From Candidatus Omnitrophota bacterium (GTDB lineage: Bacteria; Omnitrophota; Gorgyraeia; Gygaellales; Profunditerraquicolaceae), in assembly GCA_049275655.1 (NCBI GenBank), contig JBASUY010000042.1:68690-120105 (forward strand): DNA of 51,416 nt, in the 5' to 3' direction. Shown here one piece after another: positions 9,764 to 18,938 of the stretch. How positions within the stretch are numbered: position 1 is the stretch's first letter; every line of letters starts with the position of its first letter. Both the position numbers and the translations under genes were made by a program. The notes under the pieces are model-generated. The model searched no databases and was not told the DNA's origin. It saw nothing but the letters and a program-made list of their open reading frames with translations.

Positions 9764-10756
9764 ATGGGTATAAAATGGAGAGATTTTCAGTTGCCAAAGA
9801 GGTTGGAATGCGATGAATCAAGCTACACTAATACTTACGGCAAATTCTCAGCAGCCCCCTTTGAAAGAGGTTATGGAGTTACCTTAGGTAATTCCTTGCG
9901 TAGAGTTTTGCTCTCTTCTATAGAGGGTAGCGCTGTTACAAGCATTAAGATAGCAGGCGTCACACACGAGTTCTCTGTAGTGCCCGGGCTTCTTGAGGAT
10001 GTTCCGGAGCTTATCCTTAATATTAAGAGCCTTATTTTAAATTCTCATTCTAAGATCCCAAAAACTATAACTATTTCTGTTGATAAGAAGGGAGAGATTA
10101 GGGCAAAAGATATAAAGACCGACGATACAATAGAGATAATTAATCCTGATCTTTACTTAGCTACTTTAACCAAGGATGTAAAATTAAATATTGAGATGGA
10201 GGTTTCCCGCGGCCGCGGATATATAACTGCGGAGTTAAATAAAAAAGAGGAGAAGGTTGTCGGGATAATTCCTGTAGACGCAGTATTTACCCCGGTTAAA
10301 AAGGTTAATTTTTTCGTAGAGAATACTCGGGTAGGGCAAAAGACGGATTACGATAAATTAATAGTAGAAATTTTTACTAATGGTTCAATTACCCCTAAGG
10401 ATGCGCTTCTTTATGCCTCAAATATCTTGCAGAGGCATTTGGATATATTTGTCAACTATGGCCATCTTCCGGAGGATGTTTCTGAAGAAGAGCCGGAGTT
10501 GACAAAGGAAGAAGCCGCTATTTATGAAAAGTTAAGACTGCCTATTTCAGAGTTAGAGCTTTCAGTCCGTAGCTCTAACTGTTTAAGGGAAGCAGGAATT
10601 AAGATTATTGCGGATTTAGTTAAAAAGACTGAAGATGAGATGCTGAGTTTTAAAAATTTCGGTAAAAAGTCTTTAGGCGAAATTAAAGAATTGCTTATGG
10701 TTATGGGTTTAACCTTGGGGATGCAGGTAGACTCCAAAAAACTAAAAAAGGCATAA
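9764..10756 (+). CDS. rpoA: DNA-directed RNA polymerase subunit alpha
   Basis: 330 aa; N-terminal assembly domain and C-terminal HhH domain (LELSVRSSNCLREAGIKIIADL); alpha operon position. Confidence 0.95.
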   Translation: MGIKWRDFQLPKRLECDESSYTNTYGKFSAAPFERGYGVTLGNSLRRVLLSSIEGSAVTSIKIAGVTHEFSVVPGLLEDVPELILNIKSLILNSHSKIPKTITISVDKKGEIRAKDIKTDDTIEIINPDLYLATLTKDVKLNIEMEVSRGRGYITAELNKKEEKVVGIIPVDAVFTPVKKVNFFVENTRVGQKTDYDKLIVEIFTNGSITPKDALLYASNILQRHLDIFVNYGHLPEDVSEEEPELTKEEAAIYEKLRLPISELELSVRSSNCLREAGIKIIADLVKKTEDEMLSFKNFGKKSLGEIKELLMVMGLTLGMQVDSKKLKKA

Positions 10757-10762
10757 GGTAGG

Positions 10763-11290
10763 ATGAGACACGCTGATAAGAGGTTTAAGCTAAATCGTTT
10801 CACGAGTTGGAATAAGGCTACTTTAAATAGTTTGGCGAGAAATATGATTATTCATCAAGCTATAACTACTACTCTAGTAAGGGCTAAGGCCTCAAGGCCA
10901 TTGATTGAGAGGCTTATCTCTTTAGCTAAAAAAAATACATTAACTGCTAAGCGCCGGGCTTTTCAGGTGCTTGGTTCGCATAAGCTTGTTTCAAAGCTTT
11001 TTAATGATATTGGCCCTTTGTTTGATAAAAGGCCAAGCGGTTTTACCAGAATTATCCTTTTAAAGAGACGCAGGGGGGATAATGCACAGCTGGTACTCTT
11101 TGAGCTTACTGAGCGTAAAACTAAAGAGCCTAAAAAACAAAAAAAGATAAAAGAGGTTACAGTTGAGCCAAATACAGAAGAGACAAAGGCCCAGCAACCA
11201 AGAGAAAAAATAGAAGAACCTAAAAAACCTACCAAGAAATTCCTCGGGGGGATAAAGAAGATTTTTAAGAAAAAGAGAGATTCTTTATAA
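10763..11290 (+). CDS. rplQ: 50S ribosomal protein bL17 with a ~58-aa Lys/Glu-rich C-terminal extension
   Basis: MRHADKRFKLNRFTSWNKA ... GFTRIILLKRRRGDNAQLVLFEL is the bL17 core; a KEPKKQKK... tail follows. Confidence 0.9.
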   Translation: MRHADKRFKLNRFTSWNKATLNSLARNMIIHQAITTTLVRAKASRPLIERLISLAKKNTLTAKRRAFQVLGSHKLVSKLFNDIGPLFDKRPSGFTRIILLKRRRGDNAQLVLFELTERKTKEPKKQKKIKEVTVEPNTEETKAQQPREKIEEPKKPTKKFLGGIKKIFKKKRDSL

Positions 11291-11302
11291 AAAGAAATTA
11301 CA

Positions 11303-12487
11303 ATGCGTGTAGATATCCGGTTAGCCCAGCGCTTGGAATTAATCAAGCCTTCTTCGACTTTAGCTATAACCTCAAGGGCGAAGAAACTTAAGGCTGAAGG
11401 CTTAGATATTGTTAATTTATCCGCAGGCGAACCTGATTTTGACACTCCTGATTTTGTAAAAGATGCAGCTGTAAGCGCAATAGGCCAAGGTTTTACCAAA
11501 TATACCCCTACCGCCGGTATCCTAGAGTTACGGCAACTTATATCCGAAAAGTTAAGAGAAGATAATTCTTTAGTCTATGAGCCAAGCCAGATAGTAGTAT
11601 CTTGCGGGGCAAAGCATAGCATCTTTAATACGCTTTTTGCCCTTCTTAATCCGGAGGAAGAGGTATTGATCCCGCAGCCTTATTGGGTAAGTTACCCGGA
11701 GATGGTAAGGCTTTGTATGGGCAGGCCGCGTTTTATAAAGGCCTCCCCGGAAAACAATTTTAAAATCACTCCCTTTCAGTTAAAAGAGCAAATTACCCCT
11801 CAGGTTAAGGTTCTTATCTTAAATAGCCCATCTAACCCTACGGGGAGCGTCTATAGTAAAGAGGAATTATCGGATATAGCTGAGATTTGCCTAAAAAATA
11901 AAATTTTTATTATAAGCGATGAGATTTACGAGAAATTGATTTACGACGGGGAAAAACACATCTCAGTAGCTTCATTAAATAAAGATATCTATAATTTTAC
12001 CATTACTATAAACGGTTTATCTAAGAGTTATTCTATGACCGGTTGGCGTATAGGCTATATTGCCGCAGCCTCTGATATTGCCGAAGCAGTATCAAGGGTA
12101 CAGGACCATTCTACGTCTAACCCTAATTCTATTGCGCAAAAAGGCGCGGTAGCAGCATTAAGCCATAAGAATGGTTTTTTAAAGAAGACTCTCTTAGAGT
12201 TTGCTTCAAGGAGGGATTATTGTTTAGAGAGGTTAAGTACTATGCCGTTAATTACCCCCATAATTCCCAAAGGCGCTTTTTATATATTTTGCGACATAAC
12301 TAAAACAGGTTTAAAAGCCGCTGATTTTGCCAATAGGATTTTGGAAGAAAAATATCTTAGCCTTATCCCCGGGGAAGGTTTTGGAATGAATGGTTATATA
12401 AGAATAAGTTTTGCAACGAACCTGGAAGAACTTAAAAAAGGGATGGATAGACTGGAAGGGTTTTTAAAAGAAGTATCTTATGCTTAA
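11303..12487 (+). CDS. Class I pyridoxal-phosphate aminotransferase (aspartate aminotransferase-like)
   Basis: PLP-lysine motif SKSYSMTGWRIGY and SPSNPTG; 394 aa. Confidence 0.85.
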   Translation: MRVDIRLAQRLELIKPSSTLAITSRAKKLKAEGLDIVNLSAGEPDFDTPDFVKDAAVSAIGQGFTKYTPTAGILELRQLISEKLREDNSLVYEPSQIVVSCGAKHSIFNTLFALLNPEEEVLIPQPYWVSYPEMVRLCMGRPRFIKASPENNFKITPFQLKEQITPQVKVLILNSPSNPTGSVYSKEELSDIAEICLKNKIFIISDEIYEKLIYDGEKHISVASLNKDIYNFTITINGLSKSYSMTGWRIGYIAAASDIAEAVSRVQDHSTSNPNSIAQKGAVAALSHKNGFLKKTLLEFASRRDYCLERLSTMPLITPIIPKGAFYIFCDITKTGLKAADFANRILEEKYLSLIPGEGFGMNGYIRISFATNLEELKKGMDRLEGFLKEVSYA

Positions 12488-12514
12488 AGATTCTATAAAT
12501 TTATAGGTGTAGGG

Positions 12515-13768
12515 ATGGGAAAGACAATAGCAGAAAAAATATTAAGCGCTCATGCAGGTAGAAACCTTTCTGCCGGTGATTTTGCGCTGTGTAAGGTAGA
12601 TTTTACTTTTGGACAAGACGGTACAAGCGCGATTATTATTGATAGGGTTAAGGAGTTGGGATTAAAAGAATTAAATACCAAGTTTTGTATGGTAATAGAC
12701 CATAGTGCTCCTTCTCCTAATGAGGGCGTTTCAAGGGTTCATAAGAAGATGCGTAATTTTTCTGCTGAATTTAAAGTACCCCTTTTTGATATTGGCTGTG
12801 GCGTCTGCCATCAGGTAATTCCTGAGTCAGGTAGTATCCTTCCCGGTTTTTTGGTCTTAGGGGCAGATTCTCATACTTGCACCTATGGTGCCCTTGGCGC
12901 ATTTGCTACCGGTGTAGGCTCTACTGATTTAAGTATTGCTTTGGCTACCGGCAAGAATTGGTTTAAGGTTCCAAAAACATTAAAGATAGTCATCAAGGGA
13001 GAGTTAAGGAAGGGTGTTTATGCTAAGGATATCGCGCTATATATAATTACTGCAATTAAAGCCAACGGAGCGACTTATAAAGCCATAGAATTTTCTGGCC
13101 CGGTTATTGATAGTATGGATATGGACGGAAGGTTTACTATAAGTAATATGGTAGTAGAAATGGGGGCTAAAGCCGGATTTATGCCCGTAGATAGAATTAC
13201 CAAGAGCTGGTTAAAATCTAAAGGAGTAAAGGCAGAAGATATAAGGCCTTATTTTGCCGATCCTGATGCGGATTATGAGCAGGTATTAACCTTTGATATA
13301 TCAGAATTGTCTTCGCAGGTTTCTTTGCCGCATAACGTAGATAGCGCTAAAGATGTTTCTGAAATACAAGATGTAAAGATAGACGAGGCTTTTTTAGGGA
13401 CATGTACTAATGGGCGCTTGCAGGATTTAAAGGTAGCTGCTAAAATATTAAAAGGAAGAAGTGTTAATCCTCGGGTAAGGCTTATAATTGCTCCCAGCTC
13501 CCGGGAAGTTTTTCTCGAGGCGTTAAGGCTTGGGTTAATAGATATCTTTACTCGTTCAGGAGCAGTTATTGTAGCTGCCGGATGCGGGCCTTGTGTAGGT
13601 ACGCATAATGGCATACCTGCGGATAAAGAGGTAGTTATCTCAAGCGCTAATAGGAATTTTAAAGGCAGGATGGGTAATCCTAGCGCGTTTATTTATTTGG
13701 CATCTCCTGCTACCGTAGCTGCCTCAGCTATAAAGGGTTTTATTGCCGATCCTAAAGAATTTTTATAA
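12515..13768 (+). CDS. Aconitase-family hydro-lyase, large subunit (LeuC/HacA type)
   Basis: Fe-S ligand and substrate motifs GADSHT, GTCTNGR, CGPCVG. The 417-aa length is typical of the archaeal-type large subunit. Confidence 0.85.
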   Translation: MGKTIAEKILSAHAGRNLSAGDFALCKVDFTFGQDGTSAIIIDRVKELGLKELNTKFCMVIDHSAPSPNEGVSRVHKKMRNFSAEFKVPLFDIGCGVCHQVIPESGSILPGFLVLGADSHTCTYGALGAFATGVGSTDLSIALATGKNWFKVPKTLKIVIKGELRKGVYAKDIALYIITAIKANGATYKAIEFSGPVIDSMDMDGRFTISNMVVEMGAKAGFMPVDRITKSWLKSKGVKAEDIRPYFADPDADYEQVLTFDISELSSQVSLPHNVDSAKDVSEIQDVKIDEAFLGTCTNGRLQDLKVAAKILKGRSVNPRVRLIIAPSSREVFLEALRLGLIDIFTRSGAVIVAAGCGPCVGTHNGIPADKEVVISSANRNFKGRMGNPSAFIYLASPATVAASAIKGFIADPKEFL

Positions 13769-13779
13769 CGGAGGTTAAT

Positions 13780-14826
13780 ATGGAGATTCGTGATTTATTG
13801 CTTTTGTCTATTAAGCATGGGGCTTCTGATTTACATTTAACTGAAAATGAGCCTCCGATATTAAGGTTAAATGGCAATCTCCTAAGGACTAAAGCAGGGG
13901 TTATCAAGAAAGAAGACTTAAAGAGGATGATTTATAGTGTCCTTACTAATTATCAAAAAGAGTTATTCGAAAAGGACTTAGAGTTAGATTTTTCTTTAGC
14001 CCTCCCTGAATTAGATAGGTTCAGAGTCAATGTTCATATACAAAAAGGATGCGTAGAAGCGGCTTTTAGAAGAATTCCTCTTCAGATCCCTACTATAGAG
14101 AGGCTGGGCCTGCCTTCAATTATCAGTGATCTTGCACGTAAGCCCAATGGCCTAGTATTAGTAACCGGGCCTACCGGTATGGGCAAGACTACTACATTAG
14201 CAGCTATGATTAATTTAATAAATAACGAAAGGGAGTCTCTAATTGTTTGCATAGAAGACCCGATAGAGTTTATCTTTAAAAACAATAATAGTATAAATAA
14301 GCAAAGAGAGGTTTATGCTGATACCCATTCTTTTGCTTCAGCCTTAAGGCATGCCTTAAGGCAGGACCCCGATATCATAGTAGTAGGGGAGATGCGCGAT
14401 TTAGAAACCATATCTACTGCGCTTACTGCGGCTGAGACCGGGCATTTAGTTTTAGCTACCCTACATACTCCTGATGCTCCACAAACCGTAGCAAGAATCA
14501 TTGATGTTTTTCCTTCTCATCAGCAGCAGCAGGTTAAGTTACAACTGGCAGATTGCCTTCAGGGGGTAGTTTCGCAGCTTTTGCTTCCGAATACAACAGG
14601 TGATGGCAGAGTTCTTGCCGCAGAGATTATGATGGCCACCTCTGGTATTAGAAACTTGATACGCGAACAAGAGATAGAGCAGATTCCTACTCTTATGCAG
14701 ACAGGTTCGCAGTATGGGATGTGCACAATGGATAAATCATTAAAAAGCTTAGTACAAAAAGGCCTGATTACCGTTGATACCGCTTTGTCTAAAGTTAAAA
14801 ATACAGAGGAGTTTAAGCAGTTATGA
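13780..14826 (+). CDS. pilT: Type IV pilus retraction ATPase PilT
   Basis: Walker [10 protein letters not shown], Walker [11 protein letters not shown], His box [11 protein letters not shown], PilT signature [13 protein letters not shown] precedes the ATG. Confidence 0.9.
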   Translation: MEIRDLLLLSIKHGASDLHLTENEPPILRLNGNLLRTKAGVIKKEDLKRMIYSVLTNYQKELFEKDLELDFSLALPELDRFRVNVHIQKGCVEAAFRRIPLQIPTIERLGLPSIISDLARKPNGLVLVTGPTGMGKTTTLAAMINLINNERESLIVCIEDPIEFIFKNNNSINKQREVYADTHSFASALRHALRQDPDIIVVGEMRDLETISTALTAAETGHLVLATLHTPDAPQTVARIIDVFPSHQQQQVKLQLADCLQGVVSQLLLPNTTGDGRVLAAEIMMATSGIRNLIREQEIEQIPTLMQTGSQYGMCTMDKSLKSLVQKGLITVDTALSKVKNTEEFKQL

Positions 14827-15326
14827 AGCTTTTAGGTAAGTCTATTAAATTAGGGGATAATATTAATACTGATTTTATTATATCCGGGCGCTATAAGTTT
14901 GCCATAACAGATATCAAAGAGTTAGCAAAACACATTATGGAGGATATCGACCCTAACTTTTATTCTAAGATAGATTTTGGCAAGACTTTTATTGTGGCAG
15001 GAGATAATTTTGGGATGGGTTCTTCACGGGAGCAGGCGCCTTTAGTGATAAAAGAGGCAGGAGTCAATGCCGTAATCGCTAAAAGTTTTGCGCGTATATT
15101 TTACCGCAATGCCTTTAATATAGGGCTATGCCTTATAGAAGCGGATACCGATAAAATATCCGATAACGATTTACTTGAAATAGATTTAGACAGTGGGACG
15201 ATTATTAATAAGTCTAAAGACGATACTCTTAAGATAAAACCTCTTCCTCTATTTATGCAGGAATTATTAAGAGCCGGAGGGATAATTAACTATTTTAAAA
15301 AACACGGGGAGTTAAAAGTTAAATGA
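14823..15326 (+). CDS. Aconitase-family hydro-lyase, small subunit (LeuD/HacB type)
   Basis: [14 protein letters not shown] swivel-domain motif; 167 aa. ATGA overlap with pilT. Confidence 0.85.
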   Translation: MKLLGKSIKLGDNINTDFIISGRYKFAITDIKELAKHIMEDIDPNFYSKIDFGKTFIVAGDNFGMGSSREQAPLVIKEAGVNAVIAKSFARIFYRNAFNIGLCLIEADTDKISDNDLLEIDLDSGTIINKSKDDTLKIKPLPLFMQELLRAGGIINYFKKHGELKVK

Positions 15327-16405
15327 GTTATAAGGTTACATTGATACCCGGAGATGGCATTGGCCCTGAGGTAGTCTTAGCGGCAAAAAGATGTGTTGAG
15401 GCAACAGGCGTTTTAGTTGAGTGGGAAGAGGCCTTAGCAGGATCTGATGCGCTTAATGCCTTTGGCGAACTTTTGCCTAAGAATACGCTTGATTCCATAA
15501 GGAAAAATAAGGTTGCCTTAAAAGGCCCGATTATAACTCCGATAGGAGAAGGATTTAGGTCGGTAAATGTAGCAATTAGACAGGCGCTTAATCTTTATGC
15601 TTGTGTTAGGCCGGCTAAGTCATATTTAGGAGTAAGGAGTAGGTATAAAGATATTGATTTAGTTTTAATACGTGAAAATAGCGAGGACCTTTATTCAGGG
15701 ATTGAATTTGAGGAGGGGCTAGAAGAAACTAAGCTTTTAATAGAGAGGATAGATAGCTTAAGCAAGGCTAAGATTCGTATTGACTCAGGCATATCTATTA
15801 AACCGATATCTAGATTTGCCTCAGAGAGGATAGTAAGGTTTGCCTTTGAGTATGCCTTAAGGCACAACCGTAAAAAAGTTACGATAGTGCATAAAGCAAA
15901 TATAATGAAGTTTACCGATGGATTATTCCTTAAGGTAGGTAGGGAAATTGCTAAAGAATATGCAGGCAGGGTTTTATTTGAAGAGGCGATAGTTGACAAT
16001 ATCTCTATGCAGCTTGTGCAAAAGCCTCATAATTATGACGTATTAGTCACGCCCAATCTTTACGGCGATATACTCTCAGACCTTTGTGCTGGTTTAATTG
16101 GAGGATTAGGAATTGCCCCGGGGGCAAATATTGGTGACGACATAGCGGTATTTGAGGCGGTTCACGGCTCTGCCCCGAAGTATAAAGGAATGAATAAGGT
16201 AAACCCTACGGCGATGATACTATCGGCAGTACTTATGTTAGATTACTTAGGCGAAAAGAAAGCCGCAATAAGATTAGAGGATGCGGTAAGGGAAGTTATC
16301 CTTGAAGGCGCTTGTGTAACCTACGATTTTAAATCCGCCCCCAACGACCCTCAAGCATGCGGCACGCAGGAGATGGCCGATGCTATTATAAAAAAAATAA
16401 AATAG
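15323..16405 (+). CDS. Isocitrate/isopropylmalate dehydrogenase family enzyme, isocitrate-dehydrogenase-like
   Basis: [20 protein letters not shown] (resembles the IDH substrate loop), [33 protein letters not shown] overlap with the small subunit gene. Confidence 0.8.
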   Translation: MSYKVTLIPGDGIGPEVVLAAKRCVEATGVLVEWEEALAGSDALNAFGELLPKNTLDSIRKNKVALKGPIITPIGEGFRSVNVAIRQALNLYACVRPAKSYLGVRSRYKDIDLVLIRENSEDLYSGIEFEEGLEETKLLIERIDSLSKAKIRIDSGISIKPISRFASERIVRFAFEYALRHNRKKVTIVHKANIMKFTDGLFLKVGREIAKEYAGRVLFEEAIVDNISMQLVQKPHNYDVLVTPNLYGDILSDLCAGLIGGLGIAPGANIGDDIAVFEAVHGSAPKYKGMNKVNPTAMILSAVLMLDYLGEKKAAIRLEDAVREVILEGACVTYDFKSAPNDPQACGTQEMADAIIKKIK

Positions 16406-16412
16406 ATAAAGG

Positions 16413-17339
16413 ATGAAGATATCCATACTTGGAGCAGGAAATGTAGGCAGCCTTACAGCTATGCGCTTGGCCCAACTTTCTTTGGGGGATATTCTTTTAG
16501 TAGATGTCCTTAAAGGCTTGGCTTTAGGTAAGGCGCTTGATTTAGAAGATGCAAGGGGTACATTAAGGTTAGATTATAATGTAAAAGGGACGGACAATAT
16601 ATCTTCCATTGTTGATTCTGATATTGTGGTAATAACTGCCGGACTTTCCCGTAAGCCGGGGATGACTAGGGAGGATTTGCTTTTAAAGAATTCCCAGATA
16701 TTAAAATCCCTCTCTAAGAGTATAAAAAGTTTTGCTGAAAATGCTATTATAATTGTGGTGACTAATCCCTTGGATTTAATGACGTATTTTGTTTTAAAAG
16801 AATCCGGTTTTAAAAAGAATAAGGTTTTTGGGATGGGGATAAGCTTGGACGCAGCTAGATTTGCTAATATAATTTCTCGGGAGTTGACCATACCAATAGA
16901 AGAAATTAACCCTGTAGTTATAGGGCCTCACGGTGAAGGGATGCTGCCTTTACCAAGGCATACTAAGATAGCAGGGATAAACTTTTTAACCTTAGCTGGG
17001 GAAGAGAAAGCAGAGCTTATTGTAAATAAGACGGTTAACAGGGGCGCTGAAATAGTCTCTGCCTTAGGTTCAGGAAGCGCTTTTTTTGCTCCTTCTGCGG
17101 CAATAGCAGATTTAGTTTCTTCTATTGCCTTAGATAGGAAGATGGTTACCGGAGTATCTGCTTATTTAGAGGGAGAGTATAAGGTCAATGGGGTTTGCTT
17201 AGGGGTTCCTTGTAGGATTGGAAGAGGAGGAATAGAGGAGATAATAGAGTTGGATTTAAATAAAGAAGAGTCAGAGAGGTTTTTCCTTTCAGCAGAATCC
17301 ATATCCAATCTCCTCAAGGGTTTGCCATGTATGACTTAG
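16413..17339 (+). CDS. mdh: Malate dehydrogenase (LDH-like family)
   Basis: GAGNVGS NAD fold. GLSRKPGMTREDL carries Arg at the substrate-discriminating position (MDH rather than LDH). Confidence 0.88.
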   Translation: MKISILGAGNVGSLTAMRLAQLSLGDILLVDVLKGLALGKALDLEDARGTLRLDYNVKGTDNISSIVDSDIVVITAGLSRKPGMTREDLLLKNSQILKSLSKSIKSFAENAIIIVVTNPLDLMTYFVLKESGFKKNKVFGMGISLDAARFANIISRELTIPIEEINPVVIGPHGEGMLPLPRHTKIAGINFLTLAGEEKAELIVNKTVNRGAEIVSALGSGSAFFAPSAAIADLVSSIALDRKMVTGVSAYLEGEYKVNGVCLGVPCRIGRGGIEEIIELDLNKEESERFFLSAESISNLLKGLPCMT

Positions 17340-18622
17340 CTATAATCGGAGCTGGTTGGGCAGGTTTTAATGCCGCTATCAGGGCTAAAGAATTGGGGCT
17401 TAAGGTAGCTATTATAGAAAAAGGCGAAGTAGGCGGGGTTTGTTTAAATTTAGGGTGCATACCTACTAAGTCATTGTTGCAATCTAAGAAAGTTTTAAAT
17501 ATACTTAAGAATTCTTTGATTTTTGGCATATCTAATCTAAACCCTTTATTTGATATCTCTTTAGCTATGAAGAGGAAAAAAGAGGTGGTGGATAGTTTGC
17601 GTTCCGGGATGGCTTTTATGCTTAAAGGCATAGATATTATTAAAGGCGAAGCAGTGCTTATCTCTTCTAATTCAATAGAGGTTGGTAAAGATTTATTGAA
17701 GGCTAAATTCATTATTGTAGCTACAGGTTCTATGCCTTTAGAGCTAAATACTTTAAAATTTGATAATAAAAAGATTATATCTAGCAATGAAGCTTTAAGT
17801 TTAAGCGAAATTCCTTCTTCTATCTTGATTATAGGCGCAGGGGCTATTGGGTGTGAGTTTGCAGATTTATTCTCTGGGCTTGGCACAGAAGTTACTATAG
17901 TTGAGAAGGAAAAACGGCTCTTGCCTTCAGAGGATAAAGATTTATCTTTTAGGTTAGAATATTTTTTTAAGAAAAAAAATATTAATCTTAAAACAGATTA
18001 TGATTATTCAGCCTTAAATTTAGAGGATTACAATTATGTTTTAGTCTCTATCGGGCGCAAGCCCGTCTCTAGCCTTAGAGGGTTAAAAGAATTAGGGGTA
18101 AGGACTAAAGGGGATAGGATTATAACCGATGATTTTTTAAAAACAGATGTAGAGAATATTTATGCTGCCGGAGACTGCACTTCGGAGGTTATGCTTGCGC
18201 ATCTTGCCGGTTATCAGGGTAGGATCGCCGTAGATAATATATTTAAAGGCAAGGATAAACAAAAATCTTTCCCTAAGACTATACCTAATATTATTTTTAC
18301 TGATCCGCAGATAGCTTCAGCCGGATTAACAGAGGATAAAGCCAAGGAAGGGGGAGTAAGGTTTAAGGTGCGCAAGTTTGATTTTATGGCTTCCGGGATG
18401 GCGCGTATATTAGGCGAGAATAAAGGTTTTCTTAAGATAATCTCTGATGAAAATACGGGGCTACTTCTAGGTTTTTCAATGATTGCCCCTATGGCTTCTG
18501 AAGCCTCAGCAGCTTTAACTTTGGCAATTTCTTCCGGTTTAAAGGAAGAAGATATACATTCAACTATTTTTGCGCATCCGACAATTAGCGAATCTATAGG
18601 AGAGGTTTTTAAGCAAAATTAA
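17327..18622 (+). CDS. lpdA: Dihydrolipoyl dehydrogenase (E3-type flavoprotein disulfide reductase)
   Basis: GAGWAGF FAD fold, redox disulfide GGVCLNLGCIPTK, C-terminal HPTISE. Overlaps the mdh end by 13 nt. Confidence 0.85.
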   Translation: MYDLAIIGAGWAGFNAAIRAKELGLKVAIIEKGEVGGVCLNLGCIPTKSLLQSKKVLNILKNSLIFGISNLNPLFDISLAMKRKKEVVDSLRSGMAFMLKGIDIIKGEAVLISSNSIEVGKDLLKAKFIIVATGSMPLELNTLKFDNKKIISSNEALSLSEIPSSILIIGAGAIGCEFADLFSGLGTEVTIVEKEKRLLPSEDKDLSFRLEYFFKKKNINLKTDYDYSALNLEDYNYVLVSIGRKPVSSLRGLKELGVRTKGDRIITDDFLKTDVENIYAAGDCTSEVMLAHLAGYQGRIAVDNIFKGKDKQKSFPKTIPNIIFTDPQIASAGLTEDKAKEGGVRFKVRKFDFMASGMARILGENKGFLKIISDENTGLLLGFSMIAPMASEASAALTLAISSGLKEEDIHSTIFAHPTISESIGEVFKQN

Positions 18623-18648
18623 TTTTTATAAAAGCCTGGAGGTTTTAT

Positions 18649-18885
18649 ATGGTTAAGGTGGTTTTGCCTGAGCTTGGAGAAGGGATTAAAAAAGCAACGG
18701 TATCGCATTGGTTTTTTAAACCCGGAGAACAGATTAGCGAAAAAGATGATTTAGTAGAACTTACTACAGATAAAACAACTTTTAACCTCCCTAGCCCCTG
18801 CAAAGGGGTCCTTTCTGAGATTGTAGCTTCCGTAGGAGAAGATGTTCAGATAGGCGCTCTTTTAGCGGTCATAGAAGAGAGTTAA
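18649..18885 (+). CDS. Free-standing lipoyl-attachment domain protein (78 aa)
   Basis: LPELGEGI..ATV..W..KPGE ... ELTTDKTTFNLPSPCKGVLSEI matches E2 lipoyl domains, with the TDK lipoyl-lysine. No E2 catalytic domain follows. Confidence 0.75.
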   Translation: MVKVVLPELGEGIKKATVSHWFFKPGEQISEKDDLVELTTDKTTFNLPSPCKGVLSEIVASVGEDVQIGALLAVIEES

Positions 18886-18889
18886 AGCC

Positions 18890-18917
18890 TTGACAATATA
18901 GGCTAATTTGTTAGTAT
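18890..18917 (+). promoter_or_regulatory. Sigma70-like promoter (TTGACA, 16-nt spacer, TGtTAGTAT)
   Basis: Consensus -35 at 18890-18895; extended -10 TG at 18909-18910 and TAGTAT at 12-17. Lies in the 53-nt gap before the HD-GYP gene. Confidence 0.5.
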
Positions 18918-18938
18918 ATATTAAAAAGGTAACTATCT

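Noticed and set aside
10963-11499. 178-aa minus-strand ORF over the rplQ tail and the aminotransferase start.
   Set aside because: It is antisense to the Lys/Glu-rich (purine-rich) coding sequence, which mechanically yields an open Phe/Leu/Ser-rich reverse frame. It has no motifs or translation signals.
12493-12506. Perfect 14-bp palindrome CTATAAATTTATAG between the aminotransferase and the hydro-lyase gene.
   Set aside because: It is purely AT-rich, and such palindromes are expected by chance in AT-rich DNA. With no second copy seen, there is no basis for calling it an operator.
17314-17886. 190-aa minus-strand ORF over the lpd 5' region.
   Set aside because: It is antisense to a confidently identified flavoprotein gene, with no independent support.
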